64,000 nucleotides of DNA, from positions 130,138,001 through 130,202,000 of the forward strand of contig OX597815.1 of the NCBI GenBank assembly GCA_951406725.2, read 5' to 3'. Origin of the DNA: Octopus vulgaris. Its lineage: Eukaryota. The notes beneath the pieces were generated by a model. It was given only the letters and a program-made list of their open reading frames with translations. It searched no databases and was not told where the DNA came from. Both the position numbers and the translations under genes were made by a program. The stretch's first letter is position 1; the number at the start of each line of letters is the position of its first letter. Of this stretch, positions 25,022-39,411 are shown piece after piece.

Positions 25022-25222
25022 TTTTTTAGCATTCAGATTACTTTGTCCAATATAATGCTTATTTTATTATTTTATCTTGAATTAATCACACATTATCTCA
25101 TAACTCCGTCATTTTGATAATGTGATGGTATATTTTTAGAATGAAAGACCAAATCTGGTCGGCTTGAACATAACATATGTAGAATATATGGGCTGGATAC
25201 AGCCATTTTAAACGCTAAAGCC
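25022..25222. mobile_element. Possible piggyBac-like MITE
   Basis: TTAA at 25018-25021 and 25223-25226, with decayed TIRs tttagcatt / aacgctaaa. Confidence 0.45.
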
Positions 25223-25712
25223 TTAACGTATTAGAGCTGTATTTAGCCTTTGGTAGACTGGGAATATTAAAAACATTTAACTTTGCGATGGTCATGAATA
25301 TTGCAGCTATGATACCATACAGCCGGTTTTGTCATGAACTTAGTGTTTTACAATCATAGAAAGATAGAATAATTGCTCGCTTGTTTTGCTGTTTAATTAC
25401 TTTCTGGATCTTTTGATTCTTATCTAAGCTTTTTGTGGGTCAAATCCGAAGCTTAAGACTGTAACTAAAAACAAAGAAACACGATAACAGGAAGAATAGA
25501 GAGTGTATTTTTTATAGAAATAAATGTTTTATAATTGCGTAGATGTTTCAACACCAAAACATTTCTTTAAAAAGGCTTTGAAAAAAGCCTTTGGCATTGA
25601 AACACTTGGACTATCGTAGGGTGTTTATTTTATATTTTATGAATGTGTGTGTGTGATGGTGGGAGGAGGCGTGTGCATGTGGGTAGGGGTCGTGTGCGTG
25701 CGCGCGTGTGTG

Positions 25713-25763
<51 letters not shown>

Positions 25764-25925
25764 GTGTATGTGTTGTTCTTTTATGTTAGTTCATCAAAGA
25801 GTCCTGAAATAATTCGCCAAGTGTTCGGGAAGTATGCTTGAGAAACTCACGTAGGTGTGAAACATACGTGTGTTTGTGTATATATACATATATGTGTGTG
25901 TATACATGCATACACACACACACAG

Positions 25926-25958
<33 letters not shown>

Positions 25959-27269
25959 CATGTACATCCCCCCCCCACACACACACATATACATATATGT
26001 ATATATCAAGATAGACATCGTCCTCGCTTTGAAAACCTCCATTCGTTAATATGAAATATCGTTGCTTACCTTTCATGTTTAACACATTTAAATGCCATAC
26101 ACTATTGTAAAAATCATAAGAGAATCATGACAACAAACTGTTTATTGCATTACAATATTTAGTTTAATCCTTCTGATTTTAGTAGCATATGGGAGTCGAC
26201 CTCACACCCTATATCCACTTCGCATACGTTTTATTATTTTCCAATGTAAGACCGTTCAAGCTATGCAAGACTTGTTTCAAGTATTTTTCTGAATTAATAG
26301 TACATCACTAAATGATATTAAGTTGCTAGGGGAAGTCTTGCGAAAATACATAAATGTCAATATCCCTGATTACCTGTTGACCCTTCTAACAACGTATGAC
26401 CTTTTATGCTTGCTTATTCATTACGAACATTGATTAGGAGAAATATGGTGGCAGGGCGATAGGTAAATTGAGAAGACGAAGCAAGGACAGGTGAAAGACC
26501 GTGAAAATACTGACAGTCAGATAGATTGAGAGATACTTCGTGAAACAGGAAGAGAGAGAAAGAGTGGAGGACATGGCGCGATAAAAACAGAACACAAAAA
26601 CAGGGGGCGGAAATAAGGAAAAAGAAAGAACGAACGGAAGGAATTTGGAAGTAAGAAAAGAGAGCAAAAATGTATGTATGTATGTATTTGTGTGTATATA
26701 TATACACAGATGCATACATACATGTCAACACACACGCACACACACACAATATGATCATTAGTCCGCCAAAATATATTGTGCTTTGCCTATAGCTCTACTC
26801 TTATACTTATGGTTCCCGAAGAGCCATACACGAAGTAGGACATATTTTGTCTGGCGATTATGGATTAAATATTTTATTCATTCTTAATCCTTATCTTTGC
26901 TTTGAAATCTTCTAAGACCACCAAATCAGTTTCTTTTGAACTTGTCACCTACTGAAATACATGTTTGTGTGTGTGTATGTTTGTGTATGTGTGGTGGTGG
27001 TGGGGTAAGTAAATTCGTTCCGTATTGGACAAGAAATAATTTTACTTTTTTTTTTCAACCATAGCTTTTATTGAAGCTATCTTAGTGTGAGTAATCAGAG
27101 AGATGATAACTGTGCGGAAGCCCGTCTGATGGTACACACTCATAAATTCTAAAAATCAGCTTTTCTACACATTGTCCCATATTGTCAGTGGCGTAGTTAG
27201 AGGTGCCGCCCGGGTCGACCCTTAACTTTGCACCCCACTCCCGCATATTGGCTCATAAAACAGGCCCAG

Positions 27270-27288
27270 ATAAATAGATAGATAAATG

Positions 27289-27340
<52 letters not shown>

Positions 27341-27341
27341 C

Positions 27342-27400
<59 letters not shown>
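27270..27400. repeat. (TAGA)n microsatellite
   Basis: Visible directly. Confidence 0.95.
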
Positions 27401-27401
<1 letters not shown>

Positions 27402-27585
27402 GTCGTTCTATCAAGCAAGTTAGTTATGTATACTCTCTGTCTTTCTCTGTCTATCTATCTGTCTGTGTGTCTGTTTCTCTCTCTGTTTCTCTCTCTCTCT
27501 CTCTGTTTATCTGAACTTCAAAAGGCCTTGAAAGAGTGACAAAAAGAGAAAGGGAAATATAAAGAAAGGGAGAGAGAGAAGAGCA

Positions 27586-27621
<36 letters not shown>

Positions 27622-27816
27622 AAATGAGAGAGAGAGAAGAGCGAGAGAGAGAGAAAGAAAGAGAGAGAAAAGAGAGAGACATAGAGATAGAGAGGCAAAG
27701 ATTCTGGTGTCGTATGTTTTAAAATCCGAACTTATTGAGACTTTTAAATGATTAATTTGTAACCAGAGATACACATTTAAACGATTGGACGAAAAATTAT
27801 TTCTATTAACTATACA

Positions 27817-27952
27817 GGCGTAGGCATGGATCTGTGGTTAAGAAGTTCGCTTTGAAACTACGAGGTTTTGGGTTCCATCCTTGGGCAAGTGTCTTCTGCG
27901 TTAGGTGAGCCAATGCCTTGGATTTGGAGGACAGAAACTGTAGAAGTCCGTA
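27817..27952 (+). mobile_element. SINE family B head, truncated
   Basis: aggcgtaggcatgg..tgtggttaagaag...ccttgggcaagtgtcttct. Confidence 0.6.
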
Positions 27953-28265
27953 TTATACATACATACATACATACATACATACATACATACATACATACAT
28001 AACTCACCCTACGAGGATCATCCCCAAAATACAAGGCTCTATCCCAAAGATAGAGCCTTATATCTTTGTTGGAAACTGGCTCCCTCCTCAATGGAAGATT
28101 TATAATAATTAAAAAATAGAAGCGACATACTTCAGTTTACGAGGTCCCGCATTACGAGATCCCTGGTTTACGAGTTTTATTTTTCAAGCACAAAGTACAA
28201 ATTTTGAACGACGTGCAAAAATGTCTACTACCATAATAAATGCTTCTGTGTGTTACCGAGAAATT

Positions 28266-28372
28266 TACATCCTTTCGGGGTCGATAGATTATGTACCAGT
28301 TGTGTACTGCGGTCAATCTAATCGACTGGACCCTCCCTCCAAATTTTGGGCCTTGTACCTAGAGTAGAAAAG
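28266..28372 (+). mobile_element. SINE family A, 3' half
   Basis: catcctttcggggtcgatagattatgtaccag. Confidence 0.75.
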
Positions 28373-28739
28373 GATATAGGAAGCCCAGTTTGTTCGATAG
28401 AGTATAAAATATATTGAATTAAAGCACCATGTTACTGATAGTTATTTTTAACTGTCCTTTAAGACTGTTGAATGAAGAATAAAGTTGTTGGTGAGATTTG
28501 AACTTAAAAACTGGCAATAAATATTGATTAAATTTCTACTGGGTACAAATATTTTCATATCTTAGAAAATGAAAATGAAAACTATACTAATAACTTTGAC
28601 GGAAAAACTCGAGTGAATTATTTAAAACTATCTTTTGATTGGTGCTGTTCAAAAGATAGCGGGACTATTTTTTTTTACTATATTCGGTCATTAACGTATA
28701 ACCAACATTGTTTTCTTTGACCACACACACACACACACA

Positions 28740-29061
28740 TAGTGGCGGACTGGCCAGGTTGCCAGCTTGCCCGATGGCAAGTGGGCCCCTGCGCCATTAG
28801 AATCCATATATGGGGGGGGGGGGAATGTTAATATCTGAGGGACCCCATACCCTAAAATTTGAGAACTTTTAAATTCATTCCTGGAAAAATGCATTATTTC
28901 AGCCTGGCTGCGTTTGTAGACAGTTGAAAAGAATACTTTCAACAAAAAAAAAAAAAAACATTAAATGATAGCATTGTAGTTGAGGGTGGTCCTCCTTGTA
29001 GTTGCGGGTGGACCCCCTTAGTCTCCTGGCAACCAGTATTTTTAGACCCAGTCCGTCACTG
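28740..29061. mobile_element. hAT-like MITE inserted in (CA)n
   Basis: TIRs tagtggcggactgg / ccagtccgtcactg. 8-bp flanks cacacaca at 28732-28739 and 29062-29069. Confidence 0.7.
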
Positions 29062-29134
29062 CACACACAGTTTGGTTGATACAAGATGCAAGAAAGGACT
29101 ACATCCAAATTCCTTTTAACGGTTCTCTTTTATT

Positions 29135-29475
29135 TGTTACTCTTTTCCATGCTTCACCCATTCAACTGCGGCCATGCTGGAGTACACCCCTGCAAAAGCT
29201 TGGTATGTTAAATCAACTCCGGTACTAATTTCTTTAAATCTGTTTCTTTTTGTTGAAACGCTATGGCACGTGGACGTAAACATACTAACATCGCTGATCA
29301 AGCAGTGTGATTCGAACACAAAGATGTGCGTATACACACACATGCGCGCATGCACGCACGCACACACACAGGTACGCAAACATACACATACACATGTATT
29401 TATGTATGCGTATATATACATACATACGCACACACACGCACATATATATATATATATCACTCCCCCTCTCTCTCT

Positions 29476-29553
<78 letters not shown>

Positions 29554-29875
29554 CACACACACACACATATAGTGTACTGTTCCATGATGGTAAGATCAAC
29601 TAAGACAGTGAGTACTCCATCTGGTGAGAGATAAATATTATCTAATAAACACAGTATGTATTTTTATGAGCTACCAATAGTTTCATGTCGTGAAAAACAA
29701 CTCAAATAGTATCTTCCAACATATCTGATGCCTTGCACAGTTTTCCTTTACCCAATTCATCACAAGGCTTCGATCAGCCAAGATTATTGGAATAGACATT
29801 TGTTTAACGTACCGTACCACAGCAATGAAACTAAAACTACATGTTTGTGATTTGAACTTCTCAACCACACACTTA
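29135..29875 (-). mobile_element. SINE family B, diverged; tail (29135-29310) and head (29735-29875) separated by expanded microsatellite and extra sequence
   Basis: ctgcggccatgctggag tail motif and cagttttc...acccaattcatcacaaggctt head motif. Confidence 0.55.
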
Positions 29876-29965
29876 AACCTTTATTCAAAGAATATTGTAA
29901 GATCCAAAATTATGAATCTTTAATTACAAACAGTTATTTTATAGGTTCTTGATACATATCGTCGT

Positions 29966-30321
29966 GGAACTCCGTCGGTTACGACGACGACGAAGGTTCC
30001 AGTTGATCTGATCAACGGAACAGCCTGCTCGTGAAATCCAGACACGCGCACCCTCAACGTAGTTCTCGGGAGAGATTCAACGTGACACAGAGTGTGACAA
30101 AACTAGCCCTTTGAAATACAGGTACAACAGAAACAGTAAGAAAGAGTAAGAGAAAGCTGTAGTGAAAGGGTACAGCAGGGTTTGTCACCACCCACTGCCG
30201 CAGCCTTGTGGAGCTTTAGGTGTTTTCGCTTAATAAACACACAGAACGCCCGGTCTAGGAATCGAAACCGCGATCCTCCGACCGCGAGTCCGCTGTCTTA
30301 ACCACTGGGCCATTCCACCTC
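29966..30321 (-). mobile_element. SINE with family C head and tail Y
   Basis: Head matches 39023-39190. Tail ctccgtcggttacgacgacg...gatcaacggaacagcctgctcgtga matches 3738-3880. Confidence 0.85.
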
Positions 30322-31000
30322 TACTGCTTGTACACATACATCATTACAGACATACATCAACTAAAACGTATGACTTTATTGAATAAAGAAGCAAAGCATA
30401 TAACGGCGATTTAGCCACACTGGTATATACGAGTTAGGATTTAATTTAATAATATTAATTAGTTGTGGCAAACATCGAGATAAGGTATCGTAACTGTTTA
30501 TTAGTTTTTTTTAGAATTTTTAAAATATTCCTCTTGTTGATTTTATTTATTTATTTATTTATTTCAGTTCTTCCACTGCGTATTTATTTGAGTTCTTTCA
30601 CTGCGTATTTGTTTTGGTTCTAAGGTATATCACATTCTGAGGAGAAGCTTATTTGTAAGAATTATGAGGACTGTGGGCGTATATGCATATACAGACACAC
30701 ACGCACATAGACAGACACTCTCTCCCTCTCTCGCATTCACACACATACACACATACAAATTGTATAATGTTTTGATATCGAAGCGTCACGTTGTTATCAC
30801 TGGCCTTTTGTCGAGTATGCGCATACATATCATTTTTTCACCATAACATATGTATGTAAATGTATCCATGTATATATGTGCACGCAAATGTGTGTGGGAG
30901 TAGTTTTGCAAGTATGTATGTTAATGTATATACATATGTATGTTCATATATGTGTTTACATGTTTACGGGTATACATATATACATACACACATATATATA

Positions 31001-31036
<36 letters not shown>

Positions 31037-31284
31037 CACACACATATATATATACATATATATATATACATATGTACATACATATATGCACGTATGTACA
31101 TGCATGTATGGGTATATAAATATCCATATGCGTATGTGTGTATATATGCACATATATTTGTATGTGGTTACCTGTATACGCTTGAACATCTCCTTAACAT
31201 ATACACATGTCTCTCTCTCCCTTTTCTCCCCTCTCTCTCAAACTCTCTTTCAAACTCTCTTTCAAACTCTCTTTCAAACTCTCT

Positions 31285-31342
<58 letters not shown>

Positions 31343-31348
31343 GTTTGA

Positions 31349-31392
<44 letters not shown>

Positions 31393-31430
31393 GTGTGTGT
31401 GTATATATTATATTTATGATATATATATAT

Positions 31431-31484
<54 letters not shown>

Positions 31485-31639
31485 ACACATAAGCAATGGC
31501 AGATGTACAAACGCATATGTAAGTGCAGAGTTAGAAATGTGTGTCTATGTAAACACACACCCACGCGCGCGCACACACACACACACACATACACACACAC
31601 ACATACATACATACATACATACATACATACATACATACA

Positions 31640-31670
<31 letters not shown>

Positions 31671-32089
31671 CATACATTACATACATACATACATGCATAC
31701 ATATAAATACACACGCATACAATCGCATGCTTATCACTCTTTTTATCACAATCATATTTATCGATGTGAGACTGGATATTATTCGCTTTAGATACAAGTC
31801 GTGTGCGCATGCGCAGTTGTCCGTCTGTAGGAGTACGTTCTTTGTATTGCGGCGCGTGTGGGCGTACTTTGTTTAGTTAGCTTTTGATGCTCACGCTTTA
31901 CATACGCTAACACTGAATCAACGCGTTTTGATATGCGTGTAATATGAATGAATGGAGTGAAAGTGAGGATGTCTATCGTAATTCAATGCGTCAGTGCGTA
32001 TGTATGTGTGTGTGTGTTTGTGTGTGTGCGTGTGCGTATGTGAGTGTGTGTATTTGTGATCACATATTTTTTTGTTTTTTTTGTTTTTG

Positions 32090-32805
32090 ATTTTACTTGT
32101 TTCAGTCATTAGACTGCGGCGGCCATGCTGGGGCATCGGGTTAAAGAATTCCAGTCGAACAAATCAATCCCATTACATTTTTTTTCTAAGACCGGAACTT
32201 ATTCTGTCGATTGCTTTTGCCGAACCACTAAGCTACGGAGACGTAAACACATTAACACCGGTTGTCGAGCAGTGATGGGAGACAAACTCACACACAGCAT
32301 TGATCGACCTGATGCTACAGCAGAAGTCTCGGATCTTTTCGGTTTGAACGGCAGTTTTTTCTAGCGGTGTCATATGAAATTATCACCCATAATTATGACC
32401 GTAGTCATTTCAATTTTATTTAGGGAAGGGTATCTCTTTTTCTTCACAAATGTAAATAAACCCAATCTGTTTCTTAAACGAAGGACATATTCATACGGCA
32501 CAGAATGGTTTTTACCTCAACAGACGTCAGTGATTGGTTGAAATTGCAGAAATTGAAGAAAAAACAACAACAAATATCTTACAAACTATAGAATCTTCTC
32601 AATAAAGCCGAGAGAAAAAGATGTTTAATAAACACATTCTACCAGTATACGAAGTTTAAAATTTTTTAGTTACCTAGAAATTATGTTAAAAACTGCCGTT
32701 CAAACCGAAAAGATCCGAAGTCTCTTGTTTAAATTGCCACGTAGTGGGACTGAACCCGGAAGCAAGTGGTTGGAACACAAACTTCCACCACACACCTACG
32801 CCTGT
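32090..32805 (-). mobile_element. SINE family B interrupted by a MITE
   Basis: Tail at 32090-32290, head gccacgtagtgggactgaacccgga at about 32735-32805. Confidence 0.75.
32331..32716. mobile_element. Young MITE with perfect 29-bp TIRs and perfect 8-bp TSD (Merlin-like)
   Basis: TIR GGATCTTTTCGGTTTGAACGGCAGTTTTT at both ends. TSD gaagtctc at 32323-32330 and 32717-32724. GG termini with an 8-bp TSD fit the Merlin superfamily. Confidence 0.88.
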
Positions 32806-33391
32806 GAATGAATATGTATGACTGTGTGTACATAATACGTGTGCAGCTTTTATTACCTAAGATGTCAGCCATGATAATAATCATCTGGAACGTCACTATT
32901 AAATGATAAATAAATATAAATTACCCAGAAAATACAACCGTATATTACATGTGAGAAATATAGTTATATAATCATGTGTGTGTTTGTGTGAGTGTATGTG
33001 CGTGTGTGAGCGTATGTGTGTGTTTGTGAGTGTATGTGTGTATGATGCAGTGTTTTATTTAAAACACGATTCATTAAAAAAAAGACTCACACCTTTCAGT
33101 GAGTTTTGTTACGCTTGTTATGCATGAGGTCTTAAAGAAAATATTATATTTTTATGGATATTCAGTGGTGCTGATGATTGTGATGGTGGTGGTGGTGGTG
33201 AGGTGGAATGGAGCGCTGATTGACTTTTACGTGAATGAGTGTAAGGTAACTATGAAATTGTGACCTTATTGTTAGTGAGTAAGGAAAAACCGAGTTTACA
33301 TATTGAGAAAGAGTAAGTCAGAGAAAAAGAAACACATCCACACACACATCCACACGCACGCACGCACGCACACACACATACACACGCATAC

Positions 33392-33429
<38 letters not shown>

Positions 33430-33432
<3 letters not shown>

Positions 33433-33666
33433 GGTGGCCAAAAAAGTAGGTTTACAGTTAACCCGTAGGCGCTTTAACTTTCTTTTAAAACATTTTATTA
33501 CATTTAAATTTCTATCTTACAAACTGAAAAGGGAGCTTGACAAAATTGACTAAATTAGCATAGAATAATGGTTTCATTTTTTTTTTATAATCAAAATTTA
33601 AACTGTTAATATATGAATACGAAAGCGATACTTGAATAACTGTAAACCTACTTTTGGGCCACCCTG
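33430..33666. mobile_element. Tc1/mariner-type MITE in (TA)n
   Basis: ~30-bp TIR cagggtggcc(a)aaaagtaggtttacagtta / taactgtaaacctacttttgggccaccctg. TA on the left, tg(ta) on the right. Confidence 0.8.
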
Positions 33667-34355
33667 TGTATATATATATATGAGAGTATGTGTATGTGTG
33701 TGTTTGTTTTTATGTTCAGTTATCATAAAAACAATTTTACATTAATCGGAAGGGTTATTCTATACATTTGTAGAGTTCATATTCATTATTCTTTAACAAG
33801 CTGATACACCCAATTACTAAGTTTTAAAATGCGGGAATAAACTTTGACCTTTACATTGTCAAAGTAAAGGATTAAATCTAATAAAACCGAAAGTGACTGA
33901 AACTAGTGACACATCCAAGGGCCTAAAACCTCCCTCTACCTACCTGCATGTTTTTTGAGGACCATTAATTAACACTCTCATGACCTAAGTCTGATACACC
34001 TAAATATACACCCGTATTTACATGGTTGTACATGCATTGATAAATGCTGAACAATAACATAACCCCAAATTTAGTAAATAACGCCTCTCCATTACAACCC
34101 ACCCTACATTCTAACTTTCATTAAACTGAATCCCACATACTCTAGAAAGATTTTTCCTCAACAGGGACTATATAAAGCCAATATTAATTGAAATGCATGA
34201 CAGACCGATGAAAGCTGTCAGTGCTATTCTTGTTAAAGAATGATAAATAAATAAATACACACACACATTCACACACATGTACAATGTATGTATATGTATA
34301 TATATATATATATACATCCATCTATATATATATATATATATACATCCATCTATAT

Positions 34356-34411
<56 letters not shown>

Positions 34412-34537
34412 ATATATATATATGTATATATATGTGTGTGTATCTCTCTGTCTAGCTAACTAGGTAGCTAGCTAGTTATATATGTGTGTGTGTGTGTGTG
34501 TGTGTATCCATATGCATATAACTATATATGTAAATAT

Positions 34538-34577
<40 letters not shown>

Positions 34578-34654
34578 AGAATGAGAGAGGAAAAAAGAGA
34601 GAAACAAAGCTCTTACAAGCTAGTTAGCTAGCTAATATTTAGGTTTGTAGACAG

Positions 34655-34724
34655 ATAGATTAGATAGATAGATAGATAGGTAGGTAGGTAGGTAGGTAGG
34701 TAGGTAGGTAGGTAGGTAGGTAGG

Positions 34725-34819
<95 letters not shown>

Positions 34820-34820
34820 G
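34655..34820. repeat. (AGAT)n/(AGGT)n microsatellite
   Basis: Visible directly. Confidence 0.95.
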
Positions 34821-35535
34821 TAGATTGTAGACGAATTAGTTACAAGGGCAGAGTAACACAGAACCATATGGACACTGGGTGTGTTGATCTATTTAGGTCC
34901 AGGTTAGCTCTGACTCTTTCTAACCATTGCATGTAGTTTTGCTTCAAACATGGTACACCTAAAATAATGATTCCACGTGTCCTTCCGCGTCTATAGTATG
35001 GTGCTAATTTGACGTTTTTGCTGTTGTTTCTAGGTTAGCTGTAACGTCATTATGAGGCCTTCCTTTTAGTGTGCGTATTTTCTGTCAGTGGGCGTACGAT
35101 TGCGTAGGTTTTGTTGATAGCCGCATGCTTGTGCGTGTTTTTGTTGGTGTATGTGAGTTTCAAAACCAATGTGACAAATAATAAATTATCAATCATTTAT
35201 AAGTGAGGTCATTTTTTGTTTTAATAAAACCTGTTCGTTTATGGTTATGCATAATAACTACGTGTGCACAGTAGAGCTAATGAAATATGTGTTTTTTTAA
35301 GTCTGCACGCCCACAAGGAATATATATATATATTTGTAGACTTACAATGATCGTCTTACATGTATGTGTGTATGTATGTGTGTGCGTATGTATGTGTGTG
35401 TGTTTGCATTAACGTACGCATGTGCTTATGTATGCATATATATATGCATACGTACATATACATACATAATTACTCACGACACACATACACACACACAGAC
35501 ACACAGACACACACACACACACACACAGACACACA

Positions 35536-35610
<75 letters not shown>

Positions 35611-35679
35611 TCAATACATTGGAAATTAAGAAATGATAAAAGAAATTCTCATACGCACGCACACACACACACTCACACG

Positions 35680-35749
<70 letters not shown>

Positions 35750-36550
35750 GAGAGAGAGGGGGAAAGAGAAAAAGAGAGAGAGAGCTAAATGGATATAGGT
35801 ATATATATATATATGAAATTTTTTCAAACACGCACACTCACTCACACACACACACGCACACATGAACTTTTTTCCTAAACTTTTCTGCTTTGTAAAGACA
35901 AAATAAATAAATAACAAACAGTGTTTTCTAATGCAGCCACACAATGCCTTCAATTTTGGCAGATGGAGAATTCAGTCGCCCTGTATTTACACATCAACAC
36001 CTCATCCATTCATATACTCACATACTGTAATTGCCTTCATTCAGTTCTAGCATATTTAATGAAAAGAGCTTCATAAAGTTAATGATAATGTGTATACGCC
36101 CACATACTTCAACATAGCGACTTACGTATAAATCTACGCAATCTCATTCACGCATGCGTACAGATGAATCTAAACAATATCCATACGTAGAAGCATTTAG
36201 TTAGTTGTAATAAAAGAAAACGATACGTATGTAAATATTGACTTTAATCGATTACAAAGAGATCCGACCTCTGGGTACAAATGGGTTCAGTGCCCCACAT
36301 TCATTTAGTCTAATATTACATGATATTGTAAAACCTGCTCCACGACTATTATTTTCCAAGAAGTATGGTTAAATCCCGTACGCCACTGAATGAAGTTTCG
36401 CATGAGAATTAAACACCTGCACTGTGTAAGGAGTTGCGTTGCGAAAGCAGAATTCAAATAAAATATACTCTCTCCCTCTGCCTCTCTCACTATCCTCTCT
36501 CTCTCTCTCTCTCTCTGACACTATCCTCACTCTCTCTCTCTAGTGTCCAT

Positions 36551-36767
36551 TCATTGTAGAATGGTATGATTGCAATATGGCTTCGATTCACAGTTGAAGT
36601 ATGTCACCTCATATTGTATCTCTACTTTAAACGGCCGACACCACTCTTTAAGAGTCTTTTTGTCATTTAGTGAATTGCAGAATGGAGCAGAAGTGGAAAC
36701 GAAGACACAGTCTTCAGTGATCCAGCAGAAAGATCCCGTATTCTTCATTGCTGTCTCCTCCCTATAA
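36551..36767 (-). other. Candidate cysteine-rich terminal exon of an unidentified gene
   Basis: Acceptor-like ttctttatcaatacAG at 36768-36770 (minus strand), then about 71 open codons with six Cys ending CESKPYCNHTILQ*. No partner exon found. Confidence 0.25.
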
Positions 36768-37288
36768 CTGTATTGATAAAGAATATATAATATAACTAAT
36801 ACCTAGATATTGTAGTGACCTTTTTGTACAAGCACTGTATTGTTAAGAGCATAAACCAGTGTTTCCCAAGCCAGTCGGAGTAAAATGAAAATGTAAAAAC
36901 TATTACACTTTGGCACTTAGCAGTGTCTACCCGTACTAGCATTGGTGTAGCTTTCAATGCCAAAATTTGGCACAATCTTCCAGGATCTTCCAGATGTATA
37001 TTACTGCATACCCCTCCCGCCTACGCTGCAGGGAGTAGAGTCTTAGCTGTTCCAGCCCTACCCAGTAGCTGAGCTGTTGCAATAAGACGATCTTCTTTGG
37101 GAAGAATATATATATATATAATATACATAATATATATAATATAATATATATATATATATGTAATAAATATAATATATATAATATATATACACAAAGTTAC
37201 ATACATGTATAAAACACACACATATATATATATCCATATATATACCTATATATATGTACATATACATATATAAATTGTATATATATAC

Positions 37289-37364
<76 letters not shown>

Positions 37365-37725
37365 GTGTAAATTTAAACACAAGAGAAAACTGCCTTCAAT
37401 AGGCATTTTTTATACGCTAGAAGAAGTAGTCAAAACGACCAAAACCACATTTAAGAGAAATCTTCAAAAAGAATGAAAAATAGATTTCAAAATTTTTTAG
37501 CAAATAAAATAATTTGCTAGGCAAATTTCTCATCAGTGACCGCAACATAACACTAACATATAATTAAGAGACAAATAACACGTGGCTTATCGTTATACAT
37601 TATAATTTTTCAAATTTACAGCGCAAGCGCAGTTTCAGTCAGCAGTTTTGGTCGTATTGGATACTTCTTCCAGCGTGTAAAAAATGCCTGTTCAAGGCAG
37701 TTTTCTCTTGTGTTTAAATGTACAC
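37365..37725. repeat. Foldback element with ~80-bp imperfect inverted ends
   Basis: gtgtaaatttaaacacaagagaaaactgcc...cgaccaaaac versus gttttggtcg...ggcagttttctcttgtgtttaaatgtacac. Confidence 0.8.
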
Positions 37726-38093
37726 TATTTTATATTGAGAACATGTTGTCTATTGACTTTTTATACATGCTGGGCCACTGGAAGGGAAATTTCTAAAAGA
37801 ACTCACTACCCTATATTTTGCACACACACACGCACACACACATACACACACACCCATATAAATTATATATATACATTTATGTATATACATATATATATAT
37901 ACAAACATATGTATATGTAACTACATGTCGACGATTTTTTCTTCCGTCCTCCTTTCTTCTTTGACCTTCCTCTGTCTCCTATTTCTGAAGAAGAGTTTTG
38001 TTTCAAACGTAAAATACCTTTTCCTTCCTCCCCTGAGCGTCTTTTAATACTTTGCATGTACCGCAACATTGCGTTGTTCGTATACATACATAC

Positions 38094-38124
<31 letters not shown>

Positions 38125-38134
38125 CATACATACA

Positions 38135-38184
<50 letters not shown>

Positions 38185-38268
38185 CCAGCGATGCGTAGCA
38201 ACATCTGATAGCCTGGTCGGTCACAGTGATCACGGTGATATAAGCATATATATATGTATATATAATCA

Positions 38269-38323
<55 letters not shown>

Positions 38324-38356
38324 GTGTACATATATATATATATATATTTATATATG

Positions 38357-38411
<55 letters not shown>

Positions 38412-38532
38412 CATATATATATAAACAATTCAAAAAAATCTTATCAATGGCCAGCACATCAAAAAATACCTTGAATTGTTTATATATATATATATATATT
38501 TACATATATATATATATACACATATATATACT

Positions 38533-38569
<37 letters not shown>

Positions 38570-38589
38570 TTATATATATATATGCTTAT

Positions 38590-38890
38590 ATCACCGTGAT
38601 CACGGTGACCGACCAGGCTATCAGATGCTGCTACACATCGCTGGTCACAATGTGCTTCGCATTGTTTTAGCCTTCAAATGACGCCACCCCGCTAGCTAAG
38701 TGAGCAGGCCAACAGAAGAAAGAGTGAGAGAAAGTTGTGGCGAAAGACTACAGTAGTGATGCCCACCACCCCCTACCGGAACCTCGTGGGGCTTTAAGTA
38801 TTTCGCTCAATAAACACTCACATCGCCCGGTCTGGGAATCGAAACCGCGATCTTACGACCGCGTGTCCGCTGCCCTAACCACTGGGCCAT
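38590..38890 (-). mobile_element. SINE family C with tail X
   Basis: Reverse complement of 39023-39333. Flanked by the possible TSD atgcttatat. Confidence 0.9.
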
Positions 38891-38906
38891 ATGCTTATAT
38901 ATATAC

Positions 38907-39333
<427 letters not shown>

Positions 39334-39363
39334 ATATATATATATGTATACATATATTTATAT

Positions 39364-39411
<48 letters not shown>

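Noticed and set aside
27186-27240. hAT-like terminus cagtggcgtagttag (and cagtgtttccca near 36857)
   Set aside because: No matching opposite TIR or TSD found, so not called as elements.
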